Part shown: positions 20,227-30,290 of the stretch, piece after piece | Numbering within the stretch: position 1 is the first letter of the stretch | How the letters are laid out: each line of letters opens with the position of its first letter | DNA from: an uncultured delta proteobacterium | Lineage (GTDB): Bacteria; Desulfobacterota; RBG-13-43-22 | Length of the DNA stretch: 64,000 nt | Direction of reading: 5' to 3' | Assembly: GCA_963790475.1 (NCBI GenBank) | Contig: CAWBOS010000001.1 | Location: 1 to 64,000, forward strand | Notes under the pieces: model-generated | What the model was told of the DNA's origin: nothing | What the model saw: the letters and a program-made list of their open reading frames with translations, nothing else | Databases searched by the model: none | Translations under genes and position numbers: made by a program

Positions 20227-20838
20227 TCAGTCCTTCACATAATACCCGTATTCCTTGGCGTTGACATTGGTTCTCTTTTCCCGGCCCAGGGTCGAACTGG
20301 GAGTCGGGCCGTAATCATGTCCGGGCCAGACCACGGTGTCCTCCGGCAGCTCCATAAGTCTGCGAATGGAGGCGCCGAGAGCGGGACGGCTCCCACCGGC
20401 CAGATCCGTTCGGCCGCTGTCGCCGACGAAGAGGGTGTCACCGGTGAATAACTGGCCTTCGGCGTAGAGGCATAAGCCCCCCGGCGAATGCCCCGGAGTA
20501 TGGAAAACCTGGAAGGTGATCTCCCCCACCTGGAATGTTTTTTCATCTTTCAACCGGATATCGGCCTTGGAGTCTCCCCTTAGAAAATCATCCTCCAGGG
20601 CATGCATGACGATTTTGGCTCCGGTCAATTTTTTCAAAGCCCCATTCCCGTAGGTATGATCTCCGTGGTGATGGGTATTGAAGATATATTTAATGTTAAG
20701 GTTTTCTTCTTCCGCTTTGGCCAGGATAATATCCACATCCCCGCCCGGATCAATGACCATGGCTTCTCGTGTTTTTTCACATCCGATGAGATAACTGAAT
20801 ACCTCCCAGGAACTTACTGGTATTTGCTTAACGATCAT
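20227..20838 (-). CDS. MBL-fold metallo-hydrolase (glyoxalase II-like)
   Basis: THHHGDH, HTPGHSPG, TGDTLF, PGH motifs. Confidence 0.92.
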   Translation of the reverse strand: MIVKQIPVSSWEVFSYLIGCEKTREAMVIDPGGDVDIILAKAEEENLNIKYIFNTHHHGDHTYGNGALKKLTGAKIVMHALEDDFLRGDSKADIRLKDEKTFQVGEITFQVFHTPGHSPGGLCLYAEGQLFTGDTLFVGDSGRTDLAGGSRPALGASIRRLMELPEDTVVWPGHDYGPTPSSTLGREKRTNVNAKEYGYYVKD

Positions 20839-20933
20839 ATTGACCTCCGGTTTTTAGACAGGTTTGATAGGCCGTAGCAATGTAGCGCTTTGAAATAGGG
20901 TGGAAATAATCCTGACTCCAGATTCCAAAGGCT

Positions 20934-21010
20934 AAATCCCCCTCAATCCCCCTTTTTCAAAGGGGGAAGCTTGACTCCTCCCTTTGAAAAAGGGAGGTCG
21001 GGAGGGATTT
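20934..21010. repeat. REP-like double hairpin
   Basis: AAATCCCCCTCAATCCCCCTTTTTCAAAGGGGGA...CTCCCTTTGAAAAAGGGAGGTCGGGAGGGATTT, two inverted copies. Confidence 0.7.
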
Positions 21011-21364
21011 TGAGGGTTTTTCAAACAGCTAAATTGATACGATTCACTTAATTTATTATCATCAGACAGAGTTTCAATCAATATATTTTTGTAACAATTT
21101 CCTTTAAATTGAGATATCATAAAAGACTGAATTCATCCTCCTGATCAATAATAAAATTTTGAAGGTAATCGATTATGAAAACCAGAGGATTACCAATTGT
21201 CTCTTTGCTATTCACCCTTTCGTTAATCTATCCCCTGATAACCTATGCCCAGGACCTCAGTCCGATCCGGCTCTTAAGCCCCAAACCGATCACTCTGGCC
21301 CAATCGGTAGGATATCCGAAGAAGTGAATCAGGCCAGGGACATGGGTTTTCGACAGGAGGGAAA

Positions 21365-21949
21365 ATGACTTTCTGCCCGCATTGCGGAAAAGGAATAGAG
21401 GGGGGGGATATTTTTTGTCCCCAGTGTGGGAATAAGATCGCTTCGCCGGCTATCGATCCTGTAAATGACCCCATTGCTGAAGAAGAATTGAGGACTTTTA
21501 TTGCGAAGGATGCCGATCACTATATTTATAAATTCAGGAATTTTTCAGACCGGGGGACGAGTAGCTTTGCCGTTACCTGGAACTGGCCCGCTTTTTTTCT
21601 GGGGTTTATCTGGATGCTCTACCGAAAGATGTACCTCTGGGCCTTGATCGCTTTTTTCATCGCCTTTACCCCGGTGGCCTTTCCGCTGACCATGGTTGGG
21701 TGGGGAATTGTCGGCAATTACCTTTATTATTTGCATGCCCGGAAAAAAATACTGGAATATAGATCCAATCAGGCTCAAATTCCCGGTGCCTTTTCCCTGT
21801 CCGACTTAGGGGGAGTGAATCGCTGGGTCTGGTTCGTCGGCTTCATATTCTTCCTGTTTCTTCTGACTATGGGAATTTTGGGATTCCTTCTTTTCCTCCA
21901 TTTGATGGAACACGCAGGGTTCGTTGCGCCGGACGTTATTGAAATCTAA
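21365..21949 (+). CDS. Zinc-ribbon + DUF2628-like membrane protein
   Basis: FCPHCG...FCPQCG ribbon; WNWPAFF...WMLYRKMY and GNYLYY motifs; GGAGG RBS. Confidence 0.85.
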   Translation: MTFCPHCGKGIEGGDIFCPQCGNKIASPAIDPVNDPIAEEELRTFIAKDADHYIYKFRNFSDRGTSSFAVTWNWPAFFLGFIWMLYRKMYLWALIAFFIAFTPVAFPLTMVGWGIVGNYLYYLHARKKILEYRSNQAQIPGAFSLSDLGGVNRWVWFVGFIFFLFLLTMGILGFLLFLHLMEHAGFVAPDVIEI

Positions 21950-22020
21950 AGGCCGTCCCTTTATTACTTTGTTTTAAAGGGGGGCCCCTTTATATTACCT
22001 CCCTCTGCCTCCCCAATCCC

Positions 22021-23029
22021 TTAATAGCTTCCGGGACCCTTCTGTTTGCCGCCGAAGACCTTATAGGTGTACGAGGTGTAGAAGATAATCAAGGGCAGCA
22101 GAATGGCAGTGACGATCAGCATGAACAGCAGTGTCTGGGGGGAAGCCGCCACTTCGGTTACCATAGCCGGGGAAATCACATTGGGGATCATCTGGGGGTA
22201 CAGGCTGACCGAGACCCCGATGAAGGAAAAGAGGATCAGGACAGCATTCCAGAAAAGGGGTGCCTTCTCCCGCCGTTTAACCAGGCTGAAGAAAAGCATC
22301 ATGAAGGCCCCGGCCGCCAGGAGGGGAAACAGGGCCACCATATACAAGTCCGGCACCGTGGACCACTTGCGGGCCATGTGGGGATGGAGGCGGATGAGCC
22401 ACAGGTATACACCGGCGGAAACGAACAGGGTGGCCAGGGAGGAAAAGAGGGCGATAGCACCGGCTGCGCTCCTGCAGGGCCCCTTCGGTCTTCAGGATCA
22501 GGTAGTGGGCCCCCAGCATTACATACCCCAGGAAGACCCCCAGGGTCACCAGGGCTGTAAAGGGATTCCACCAGTCCCAGACCGAACCGATGAACCGGTT
22601 CTGGCTCAGGCGTACCCCGCTGAGCAGGCCTCCCAGGGCCAGCCCCTGAGCCAGGGTGGCGATCAGGCTTCCCAGACCGAACAGGAACTCCCAGGTGCCC
22701 GGTCTTTCCGAATGCTCCCGGAAATCGAAGGCCACCCCCCGGAAGACGAATCCCAGCAGCATGACCATGGAGGGCAGGTAAAGGGCCGAGAAAAGAATGC
22801 CGTAGAAAAGAGGGAAGGCGCCGAACAACATCCCTCCCAGTACCACCAGCCAGGTCTGGTTCAGGTGCCAGATGCCGCTGATGCTGTCCATCATCAGGCC
22901 CCGGTCTTCCTGGCCCCGGGTCATCAGGGATATAATCCCCACCCCCAGATCAAATCCGTCGGTCAGGGCATAGAACAGGAGTAAAAAACCGATAATCGCC
23001 AGCCAGATAATGGGTAATAATCCCTCCAT
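22021..23029 (-). CDS. cydB: Cytochrome bd oxidase subunit II (frameshift near 22453)
   Basis: DGFDLGVG, WHLNQTWLVVLGGMLFGAFP, FRGVAFDFR; removing one base near 22453 joins ORFs 22277-23029 and 22021-22377 (ends YTSYTYKVF). Confidence 0.9.
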
Positions 23030-23157
23030 AAGATTTCTTTAGTTTTGCCTCCTAGATTATTCAAAAGCGGTTTGTCATAAGCAGGCATCGGTGAAGCATC
23101 GTCCCCCTGCCTCCGGTTCGAGCTTAGCAAAGTACTTTTGGCGAAACCATTAATCCT

Positions 23158-23435
23158 GATGAACAGGTAAAAAGTCGTCAGCCGGGTGAGAACCGGGGTC
23201 CAGGAGTTTTATAAGCATATGAATCTACCGGATTCCGGCTTTTCAGGCTGTATCACAATTGCATTTATGTCATTCCGTGCAAGCGAAGCGCGACATGGAA
23301 TCCGGTATATCCAATAAATTCTGGATACCGGCTTTCGCCGGTATGACGACTTTTATGGCACTTTAAGTAATTAAGACACAGCCTGTTTGCCGGAATGACA
23401 AAAATGGACATTCCTCGACTTTTTACATGTCCGTC
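23158..23435. mobile_element. MITE family A copy 3 with a nested second element
   Basis: Ends GATGAACAGGTAAAAAGTCG / CGACTTTTTACATGTCCGTC; exact 6-bp flanks AATCCT; lies between cydA and cydB. Confidence 0.8.
23244..23385. mobile_element. Nested MITE family B
   Basis: Ends CAGGCTGTATCACAATT / AATTAAGACACAGCCTG flanked by TTT on both sides; splits the CCGGC-loop-GCCGG hairpin of the outer element. Confidence 0.75.
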
Positions 23436-23456
23436 AATCCTCGAGGCCGGTTTTTT

Positions 23457-24803
23457 TCAAGATCGGGAATCTTGCAATTCCGGACCCCGGCGTATGATCC
23501 GGGCGGCGAAAAAAATGACCGTCAGAAACAGTAACAGATAAATCAAGGCGAACAGGAACATGGAACCGCCTATCGGCCAGGCCGGCAGAGGACTGGCCGC
23601 CTCGCCGGTCCGAAGCACCCCATAGATGATCCAGGGCTGCCGCCCCACCTCCCTGGTCACCCACCCGGCTTCCATGGCCAGATAACTAAGCGGCAGGGCC
23701 GCCATCCAGGCCCTCCAGAGGGTTTTTTGACCGGAGAGGATCCCGGGCCGCAGCCCACCCCGAAACCAGACGAAAAGTGTGTACAGCATAAGCAGGAAGA
23801 AACCGAACCCGAGGGCCACCATGATCCGGAAGCTGTAAAAGGGAAGCCAAATGGGGGGCCGGTCGGATTTCGGGAAATCACGCAGGCCGCGCACCTGCCC
23901 GGTCAGGGAATGGGTATCCAGCACGGACAGCAGATAGGGAATTTGAATGGCCCAGCGGTTTTCCTCCCGGGTCTTGTCGGGCCAGGCCAACAGGTTCCAG
24001 GCCGCGGCGGTCCCCGGCCGGTTCGTCTGCCAATGGGCCTCCATGGCCGCCAGCTTGGTTGGCTGATGCCGGCCTGCCGCCAGGCCCGAACCATCTCCCA
24101 GGTAGATCTGGAGGGGGGTGATGATAATGGCACCAATGACGGCCGCTTTGAAGGATCTCAGGAAGAAATCGATGTTGCGGTTCCGGTAAAGGTACCAGGC
24201 ACTGATCCCGCCGATCACAAACACCGTGATTTCCAGGCAGGCCACCCACATGTGGGAAACCCCCCAGGGCATATCCGGATTAAAAATGGCCTCCCAACTG
24301 CTTTTCAGCAGGAAGCGCCCCTCCCGAAAAGTCCCTCCGGTCGGTGTATGCATCCAGGAATTGGCGACCAGGATCCAAAAGGCCGACAGGGAGGAGCCTA
24401 TGGCCACCATGGCGGTGGAGAAGAGGTGCCAGCCGGGGGAGACCTTTTTCCACCCCCAGATCATGATGCCGAGAAAGGCGGCCTCCAGCATGAAGGCCAT
24501 GGTGGCTTCAAAACCGAGAATATGCCCAAAGACATCACCGCCGGCCCAGGAAAAAAGGCTCCAATTGGTTCCGAATTGAAATTCCAGGGGCAGTCCGGTG
24601 ACCACCCCGACGGCGAAGTTGAGAATAAACAACCGGGACCAGAAACGGGCCTGATCATAATAAAGTTTATTCCTGGTCTTCAGGTAAAGCGCTTCCAGGA
24701 GCACGAGGTACAGGCTTAGTCCGACCGTCAACACCGGCCATATAATGTGAAACATGGCGGTGAAAGCGAATTGCAGTCGGGAGAAAAAGATCGCTTGGTT
24801 CAT
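23457..24803 (-). CDS. cydA: Cytochrome bd oxidase subunit I
   Basis: SRLQFAFTAMFHIIW, EFQFGTNW, ANSWM, QPTKLAAME, GWVTREVGRQPW. Confidence 0.96.
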   Translation of the reverse strand: MNQAIFFSRLQFAFTAMFHIIWPVLTVGLSLYLVLLEALYLKTRNKLYYDQARFWSRLFILNFAVGVVTGLPLEFQFGTNWSLFSWAGGDVFGHILGFEATMAFMLEAAFLGIMIWGWKKVSPGWHLFSTAMVAIGSSLSAFWILVANSWMHTPTGGTFREGRFLLKSSWEAIFNPDMPWGVSHMWVACLEITVFVIGGISAWYLYRNRNIDFFLRSFKAAVIGAIIITPLQIYLGDGSGLAAGRHQPTKLAAMEAHWQTNRPGTAAAWNLLAWPDKTREENRWAIQIPYLLSVLDTHSLTGQVRGLRDFPKSDRPPIWLPFYSFRIMVALGFGFFLLMLYTLFVWFRGGLRPGILSGQKTLWRAWMAALPLSYLAMEAGWVTREVGRQPWIIYGVLRTGEAASPLPAWPIGGSMFLFALIYLLLFLTVIFFAARIIRRGPELQDSRS

Positions 24804-24852
24804 GTTAAACGCCTTATAACTATCGCCGGTTTCCCGGAGTCAAAAAAGCTTC

Positions 24853-25518
24853 TCAGGCAACCAGTTCCTTCAGGTCCTTCTCCTCCAGATGGAATTCCCT
24901 GGCCAGATGTCCAAGAGTGGCCCCGGTCTGTTCGATAACTTCTTGCAGATATTCTTTCAAACTCGATTGTTTTTGACAGTCGAGGAAATAATTCTTCAGA
25001 AGGAGCGCTAACCCCTCGGATGGTATGGTGTACCCTTTTTTGGTCGCTTCTCTTTCCCCAACACTCTCCGGGATGCCGAGGACCACGATCTTTTCATCAA
25101 CCACACTAAATCTGATGTTATGGACCATGAGGCAACTGCTGAAACGGACCTCCGCTCCGGCCTTGGTATAGCTGAGACCGATCTGCAATCGGTCCGGGAA
25201 CTTCGGCAACAGGTATCTGACACTCACCCCTTTCCGGGTCATGTCCCCGATGACGTCGATAATATTTCTGGTCATCCTGATATCGTCACCGGAGGGCGGG
25301 GTGCCGGTGATGCAGCCGATGATCTCCTGTTTGGCGCCAAACATGGCATCTACCAGGGAGAAAAAGTATTCCTGGCGGGTCAGGACCTTGGTGAACCTCC
25401 CAACCTCCCGGAGCAGATGGTCTCTCCTTTTTCCCTCGTGAATCCCGTAAATCAGCAGTATGACAGTCGCCAGGAGAAGCACGGATTCCAGCAGCAGAAG
25501 CCCGAATTCAATAGTCAT
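24853..25518 (-). CDS. Membrane-anchored protein with degenerate PLD/TrmB-like fold
   Basis: N-terminal TM; AKQEI, RKGVSVRYL, GAEVR and HNIRFSVVD patterns resemble PLD-like domains; GGAGG RBS. Confidence 0.6.
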   Translation of the reverse strand: MTIEFGLLLLESVLLLATVILLIYGIHEGKRRDHLLREVGRFTKVLTRQEYFFSLVDAMFGAKQEIIGCITGTPPSGDDIRMTRNIIDVIGDMTRKGVSVRYLLPKFPDRLQIGLSYTKAGAEVRFSSCLMVHNIRFSVVDEKIVVLGIPESVGEREATKKGYTIPSEGLALLLKNYFLDCQKQSSLKEYLQEVIEQTGATLGHLAREFHLEEKDLKELVA

Positions 25519-25574
25519 GATTTAGCCTCCGGATTGTGGCCGGCGGTCCCGGTCTCGCAGACGCCAGCGAGGGT

Positions 25575-26567
25575 TCAGGGCCGAGCGGCTTCCGGTTTTT
25601 CTCCCTGGGCCGGCATCTTTTCCGCATACCACAGATCATTGTGCTGCTTGGCCCAGACGGCATCGACCGAACCGGTCCACATGGCTTCGAAGGTGCCCTC
25701 TGCGCCTATGGTCCCCAGATAAACATGACCGAAGGAGGCGGTGATAAAAAGCATGGCCACCGAGGCATGAATGATGTGGGACACCTCCATGGTCAGACGC
25801 GTCTGACCCCAAATGGGGAAATCCATGATGATTCCGGTGATCCCTGAGGCCAGGCCGAAAATAAATACCAGCCAGAACCATCCTTTCTCCCCGCCGTTGA
25901 TCCTTCCCGTATGGGGCCGTGGTCCGCTGCCGAACATGCCGCCCAGGGTCTTAAACCAGGTAAGGTCATCCTTTTGGGGGATGTTGTAGCGGAACCAGAT
26001 AAGGATTTCTAAGAGGATCCCCACCAGCAATAAAGGACCGCAATAATTATGCAGAAACTTGGTCGTCTGTATGAATCCGGACATGGCCCAATGTCCGAAA
26101 ATCGGTATCAGCAAAACCCGCCCCAGGAGCATGCTTAATCCTGTCAGGGCCATGACTACAAAGAGGAGGGCCGTGTACCAATGCAGGATCCTCTCCCACA
26201 GGGTGTATCGTTCGACTTTTACCCCGGAACGCGGCTGTTCCAACCGGTCCTTGCCGACAAAAGCGTAGAAAAGGACCATTCCCAGAAGCGCCAGAATAAT
26301 AATCCACTGGGATCCCGGGACCAGGATACCGTTTCGTATCTCCCTCCAGTTCTCACCACTATTCAGGATCAAAACTTTATGTCCTTCAGAGGTCACCGAG
26401 GTATAACCGGGGATGCTATGTCTCACCGCGCGCCAGAAATTGGCGTGGGGATTGCTCAGGTCCGCTCCCACCGCCTGCTGCCAGTAGTACATTCCACCTA
26501 ACACCAAAAGGAGCAGCATAGTCCCCGCCAGGAACCTCATCCTGTGTATTCTGGTTTGATTTAGCAT
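25575..26567 (-). CDS. fdhC: Formate dehydrogenase gamma (cytochrome b) subunit
   Basis: GENWREIRNG, ERILHW, LHNY, NGGEKGWFW, HVYLGT, WAKQH. Confidence 0.92.
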   Translation of the reverse strand: MLNQTRIHRMRFLAGTMLLLLVLGGMYYWQQAVGADLSNPHANFWRAVRHSIPGYTSVTSEGHKVLILNSGENWREIRNGILVPGSQWIIILALLGMVLFYAFVGKDRLEQPRSGVKVERYTLWERILHWYTALLFVVMALTGLSMLLGRVLLIPIFGHWAMSGFIQTTKFLHNYCGPLLLVGILLEILIWFRYNIPQKDDLTWFKTLGGMFGSGPRPHTGRINGGEKGWFWLVFIFGLASGITGIIMDFPIWGQTRLTMEVSHIIHASVAMLFITASFGHVYLGTIGAEGTFEAMWTGSVDAVWAKQHNDLWYAEKMPAQGEKPEAARP

Positions 26568-26579
26568 GAGGCCTCCTTT

Positions 26580-26768
26580 TTAGCGGTCGGTCTGCACTAA
26601 TTTCAAGCGATCGATCAACTCCTGTTGTTTTTGCTCAGCCAGAAGGGGGTCTTTGACGCCTTTGTAAGCCCCCGGCTTATGAATGGTTACCTTTCGGGAT
26701 TCGGAAGAACATCCGATCGACCCCAGAAGGAGCAGGATAGCCGCCAAGATAGTTCCGATGCCTTTCAT
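26580..26768 (-). CDS. Small lipoprotein of the FDH operon
   Basis: MKGIGTILAAILLLLGSIGC lipobox, PGAYKG, ends QTDR; ATG 4 nt after the fdhB stop. Confidence 0.7.
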   Translation of the reverse strand: MKGIGTILAAILLLLGSIGCSSESRKVTIHKPGAYKGVKDPLLAEQKQQELIDRLKLVQTDR

Positions 26769-26772
26769 GGGT

Positions 26773-27372
26773 TTACTCCTTTTTTGATTTAAAATTGTAG
26801 GCCGTTTCCCAACCCCAGGTCTTAGGGCGGCCTCCCCGTTTGGTAACCCGCTCGATATAAATCTCCGAAATGACATCACCGTCTCCACCCAGCAGGGCCT
26901 TGGTGGCACACATTTCAGCACAGAGCGGCAGCTTGCCCTCAGCGATCCGATTACGTCCGTATTTTTGGTATTCTTCTATCGACCCGTCCGGCAGGGGTCC
27001 TCCCGCGCAGAAGGTGCATTTGTCCATCTTGCTCCTGGAAGCAAAGGACTCCTGCTCCGGAAACTGCGGGGCCCCGAAAGGACAGGCATAGAAGCAATAA
27101 CCGCAGCCGATGCAGAGGTCTTTGTCGTGGAGGACGATCCCGTCCGGGGTAGTGTAGAAGCAGTCCACCGGGCAGACCGCGGCGCAGGGCGCGTCGGTGC
27201 AGTGCATACAGGCCACGGATACGGATTTTTCTCCAGCTTCACCGTCTTTCATGGTGATGACGTGCCTCCGGTTAATGCCCCAGGGCACATCATGTTCGTT
27301 ATTGCAGGCTGTCACACAGCCGTTGCATTCGATGCAGCGTTCGGCATCGCATAGAAATTTCATCCTTGCCAT
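26773..27372 (-). CDS. fdhB: Formate dehydrogenase beta (Fe-S) subunit
   Basis: MARMKFLCDAERCIECNGC start; four Cys groups including CMHCTDAPC, CIGCGYC and KCTFC. Confidence 0.95.
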   Translation of the reverse strand: MARMKFLCDAERCIECNGCVTACNNEHDVPWGINRRHVITMKDGEAGEKSVSVACMHCTDAPCAAVCPVDCFYTTPDGIVLHDKDLCIGCGYCFYACPFGAPQFPEQESFASRSKMDKCTFCAGGPLPDGSIEEYQKYGRNRIAEGKLPLCAEMCATKALLGGDGDVISEIYIERVTKRGGRPKTWGWETAYNFKSKKE

Positions 27373-27386
27373 GGTTCGTCTCCTTG

Positions 27387-30275
27387 TTAGGCCGGTGTGA
27401 TCCGGCAGAGCGTGGCTTTGGTTTCCTGCATCTGGGTCACCGAATCATAGCCGTAGGTGGTGGCCGTGTTGCAGGCCTCACCCCGTACGTAGGGGGCCGT
27501 CCCTTCTGGGTACTTGTCGTAGAGGTCTTTGCCCTCGAACCACCCCCCGAAGTGGAATGGGGTCCAGACCGTGCCCGGACCCACGCGCGGGGTAATCATG
27601 GCCCGCACCTTGATCCGGCCTCCTTCGGCACCCTCCAACCAGATATACTGGCCGTTCATGATGTTGGCATCGGCCGCGTCTTTCGGGTTGATCTCTGCGA
27701 ACATCTCTGGCTGCAGTTTCGCCAGCCACGGTTCAGAGCGCTCCTCAGCCCCGCCCCCTTCGTATTCGGTAAGCCTACCGCTGGTAAAAATCAGGGGGTA
27801 TTTGATGCTGTGATTGACCGACTGAATGGAGGCATAGCGGGTCGGCAGCCGCCAGTAGGCCTTGCGGTCGGGATAGGTCGGATATTTTTTCACCAGGTCG
27901 AACCTCGGCGTATACAAGGGTTCTCGATGAAGGGGGATAGGATCCGGGTAGGTCCAGACGTTGCAGCGCGCCCGGCCGTTTCCGAAAGGCGCGCAGCCAT
28001 GCTTGATCACCACGCGTTGGATGCCGCCGGAGAGATCGGTCTTCCAGTTTTTGCCCTCGGCTTCCTTTTGTTCTTCGGGGGTCAGATCCTTCCACCAGCC
28101 CAGCTTTTTCAGGATATCCGAAGTGAATTCCGGATAGCCGTCCTTGATTTCGGAATTCAAGGAATAGGAGCCGCTGGCCAGGAGGCTCTGCCCATTGTAA
28201 TCAGTCCCCCAGGCGGCCCGGAAGCAAAGTCCCCCTTCAGCCACAGACTTGCTCTCATCATAGAGTAGAGGTGTCCCCGGATGTTTCATTTCAGGTTTGC
28301 CCCAGCAGGGCCAGGGGAGTCCGTAATAGTCGCCTTTGCAGGGGCCGGCTTCGGCCTTCATGGTCAGCGTATCGAAAGTTTTTCTGTACTGAGCGTGCAG
28401 TTTCAACCTCTCTGGACTCTGGCCCGTATAGCCTATGGTCCAGGCCCCTCGGTTGATTTCCCTGAGAATATCTTCAATGAGTGGCTCATCATTGGTGACC
28501 TTGATATGCTTGCACAATTCATCGGCAAAGCCGAGCTTCTTGGCCAGTTTGTATAAGATCACATGATCCGGAAGGGACTCATAGCGGGGCTCGATGACCT
28601 TGTCCCTCCACTGCAAAGCACGATTGGAGGCTGTGGCCGTGCCGCTGGTCTCGTATTGCGTACAGGTAGGCAGGAGATAGGTATCGTTTTTCCGGTCACT
28701 CATGACGGCCATGTGTGTCGGGAAGGGATCGGAGATAACCAGCAGGTCCAACTTTTCCAGGGCTTTTTTCATCTCCGGACCGCGGGTCTGGCTGTTACAG
28801 GCATGACCCTGGAACATGACCGCCCGGAGGTTGTCGTTCTGGGAGAGGTTTTTCTTATCTTCCAGGACACCGTCGATCCAGCGGGACACCGGGATACCCG
28901 GGATGTTCATGGTATAAGCCATCTTGCCACCCCCGGCATCATACTGGCGGCTCATTTCAAAGCGGGATTTGATCCATTCATAATCGACGTCCCAAACACG
29001 CGCCCAGTGCTGCCAGGACCCTTCGGCCAACCCGTAGTAGCAGGACAGGGTATGGCAATTCGGCCCCACATCAGTGGCTCCCTGGACATTATCATGACCT
29101 CGAAAAATATTGGCGCCGCCACCGGTAATACCGATGTTGCCCAAGGCCAACTGAAAGATGCAGAAGAGCCGGACCGTGTGGCTGGCGATATGGTGCTGAG
29201 TGACCCCCATGCACCAGACGATAGTGCTGGGCCGGTTTTCAGACATGGTCTCGGCGATCTCGAGCACCTTCGCTTCAGGGATGCCGGTGACATTTTCAAC
29301 CTCTTTGGGGGGCCATTTCCGCACTTCCTTGCGGATATCATCCATGGCGTAGACCCTCTTGGTGATGAAGTCCTTATCCTCCCAGCCGTTCTTGAAGACA
29401 TGCCAGAGCAGGCCGTAAATAAAAGGGATATCCGTGCCGGACCTTATCCTGGCGTAAATATCGGCATGGGCCGCCGTACGGGTGAAGCGCGGATCGACGA
29501 CGATCATTTTTGAGCCGCCTTCCTTGGCCCGCAGGATATGCTGCATGGCCACCGGATGGGCCTCGGCGGCATTACTCCCCAGAAAGAGCATGGCTTTGCT
29601 GTTGCGCATATCATTATAGGAATTAGTCATGGCCCCATAGCCCCAGGTATTGGCTACGCCGTCAACGGTAGTGGAATGACATATGCGGGCCTGGTTGTCC
29701 ACATTATTCGTTCCCCACATGGCAGCGAATTTTCCCTGCAGGTAAGCCCCTTCATTGCTGGCCTTGGACGACCCGCAAAAGAAAAAGGAATCCGGCCCGG
29801 ATTCTTTCCGGATCGCCAATAGCTTGCCTCCGATTTCGTTGATGGCCTGGTCCCAGGACAGGCGCGTCCAGGCCCCGTTGACCAGTTTCATCGGGAACTT
29901 CACTCGACGGTGACCGAAGCCGTGGCCCCGGGCAGCCGCCCCTTTACAACAGTGGGCCCCCAGATTGATGGGAGATTCAAAATCCGGCTCCTGACCGACC
30001 CAAACCCCGTTTTGCAGTTCGGCAATGATGCCGCAGCCCACGGAGCAATGGGTGCAGACGGTCCGTCGGTATTCCGTTTTAATACCCGGTTTGGGGAAAT
30101 TTTTCTTTTCCTCCACAGTGGCCTGTCGCATGCAGGACAAAGGCAGCATCCCTATCAGGGCTCCGCTTCCCAGGACCACCCCGCCTCGAATCAGAAAGGT
30201 CCGGCGGTCGATCTCTTTTGGAGGATCAGGTTCAGAAGATATCCGCTGCAGCCACTTTTTATTGAATGCGTTCAT
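27387..30275 (-). CDS. fdhA: Formate dehydrogenase alpha subunit, Tat-exported, Cys-ligated Mo/W-bisPGD
   Basis: DRRTFL twin-Arg, CTHCSVGC...C 4Fe-4S, ARICHSTT (TGT Cys), FRGHDNVQG, C-terminal QMQETK. Confidence 0.95.
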   Translation of the reverse strand: MNAFNKKWLQRISSEPDPPKEIDRRTFLIRGGVVLGSGALIGMLPLSCMRQATVEEKKNFPKPGIKTEYRRTVCTHCSVGCGIIAELQNGVWVGQEPDFESPINLGAHCCKGAAARGHGFGHRRVKFPMKLVNGAWTRLSWDQAINEIGGKLLAIRKESGPDSFFFCGSSKASNEGAYLQGKFAAMWGTNNVDNQARICHSTTVDGVANTWGYGAMTNSYNDMRNSKAMLFLGSNAAEAHPVAMQHILRAKEGGSKMIVVDPRFTRTAAHADIYARIRSGTDIPFIYGLLWHVFKNGWEDKDFITKRVYAMDDIRKEVRKWPPKEVENVTGIPEAKVLEIAETMSENRPSTIVWCMGVTQHHIASHTVRLFCIFQLALGNIGITGGGANIFRGHDNVQGATDVGPNCHTLSCYYGLAEGSWQHWARVWDVDYEWIKSRFEMSRQYDAGGGKMAYTMNIPGIPVSRWIDGVLEDKKNLSQNDNLRAVMFQGHACNSQTRGPEMKKALEKLDLLVISDPFPTHMAVMSDRKNDTYLLPTCTQYETSGTATASNRALQWRDKVIEPRYESLPDHVILYKLAKKLGFADELCKHIKVTNDEPLIEDILREINRGAWTIGYTGQSPERLKLHAQYRKTFDTLTMKAEAGPCKGDYYGLPWPCWGKPEMKHPGTPLLYDESKSVAEGGLCFRAAWGTDYNGQSLLASGSYSLNSEIKDGYPEFTSDILKKLGWWKDLTPEEQKEAEGKNWKTDLSGGIQRVVIKHGCAPFGNGRARCNVWTYPDPIPLHREPLYTPRFDLVKKYPTYPDRKAYWRLPTRYASIQSVNHSIKYPLIFTSGRLTEYEGGGAEERSEPWLAKLQPEMFAEINPKDAADANIMNGQYIWLEGAEGGRIKVRAMITPRVGPGTVWTPFHFGGWFEGKDLYDKYPEGTAPYVRGEACNTATTYGYDSVTQMQETKATLCRITPA

Positions 30276-30290
30276 AATAAGCCCCCTTCG

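Noticed and set aside
29670-29695. Selenocysteine in FdhA
   Set aside because: The active-site codon is TGT (Cys) and the ORF has no internal TGA.
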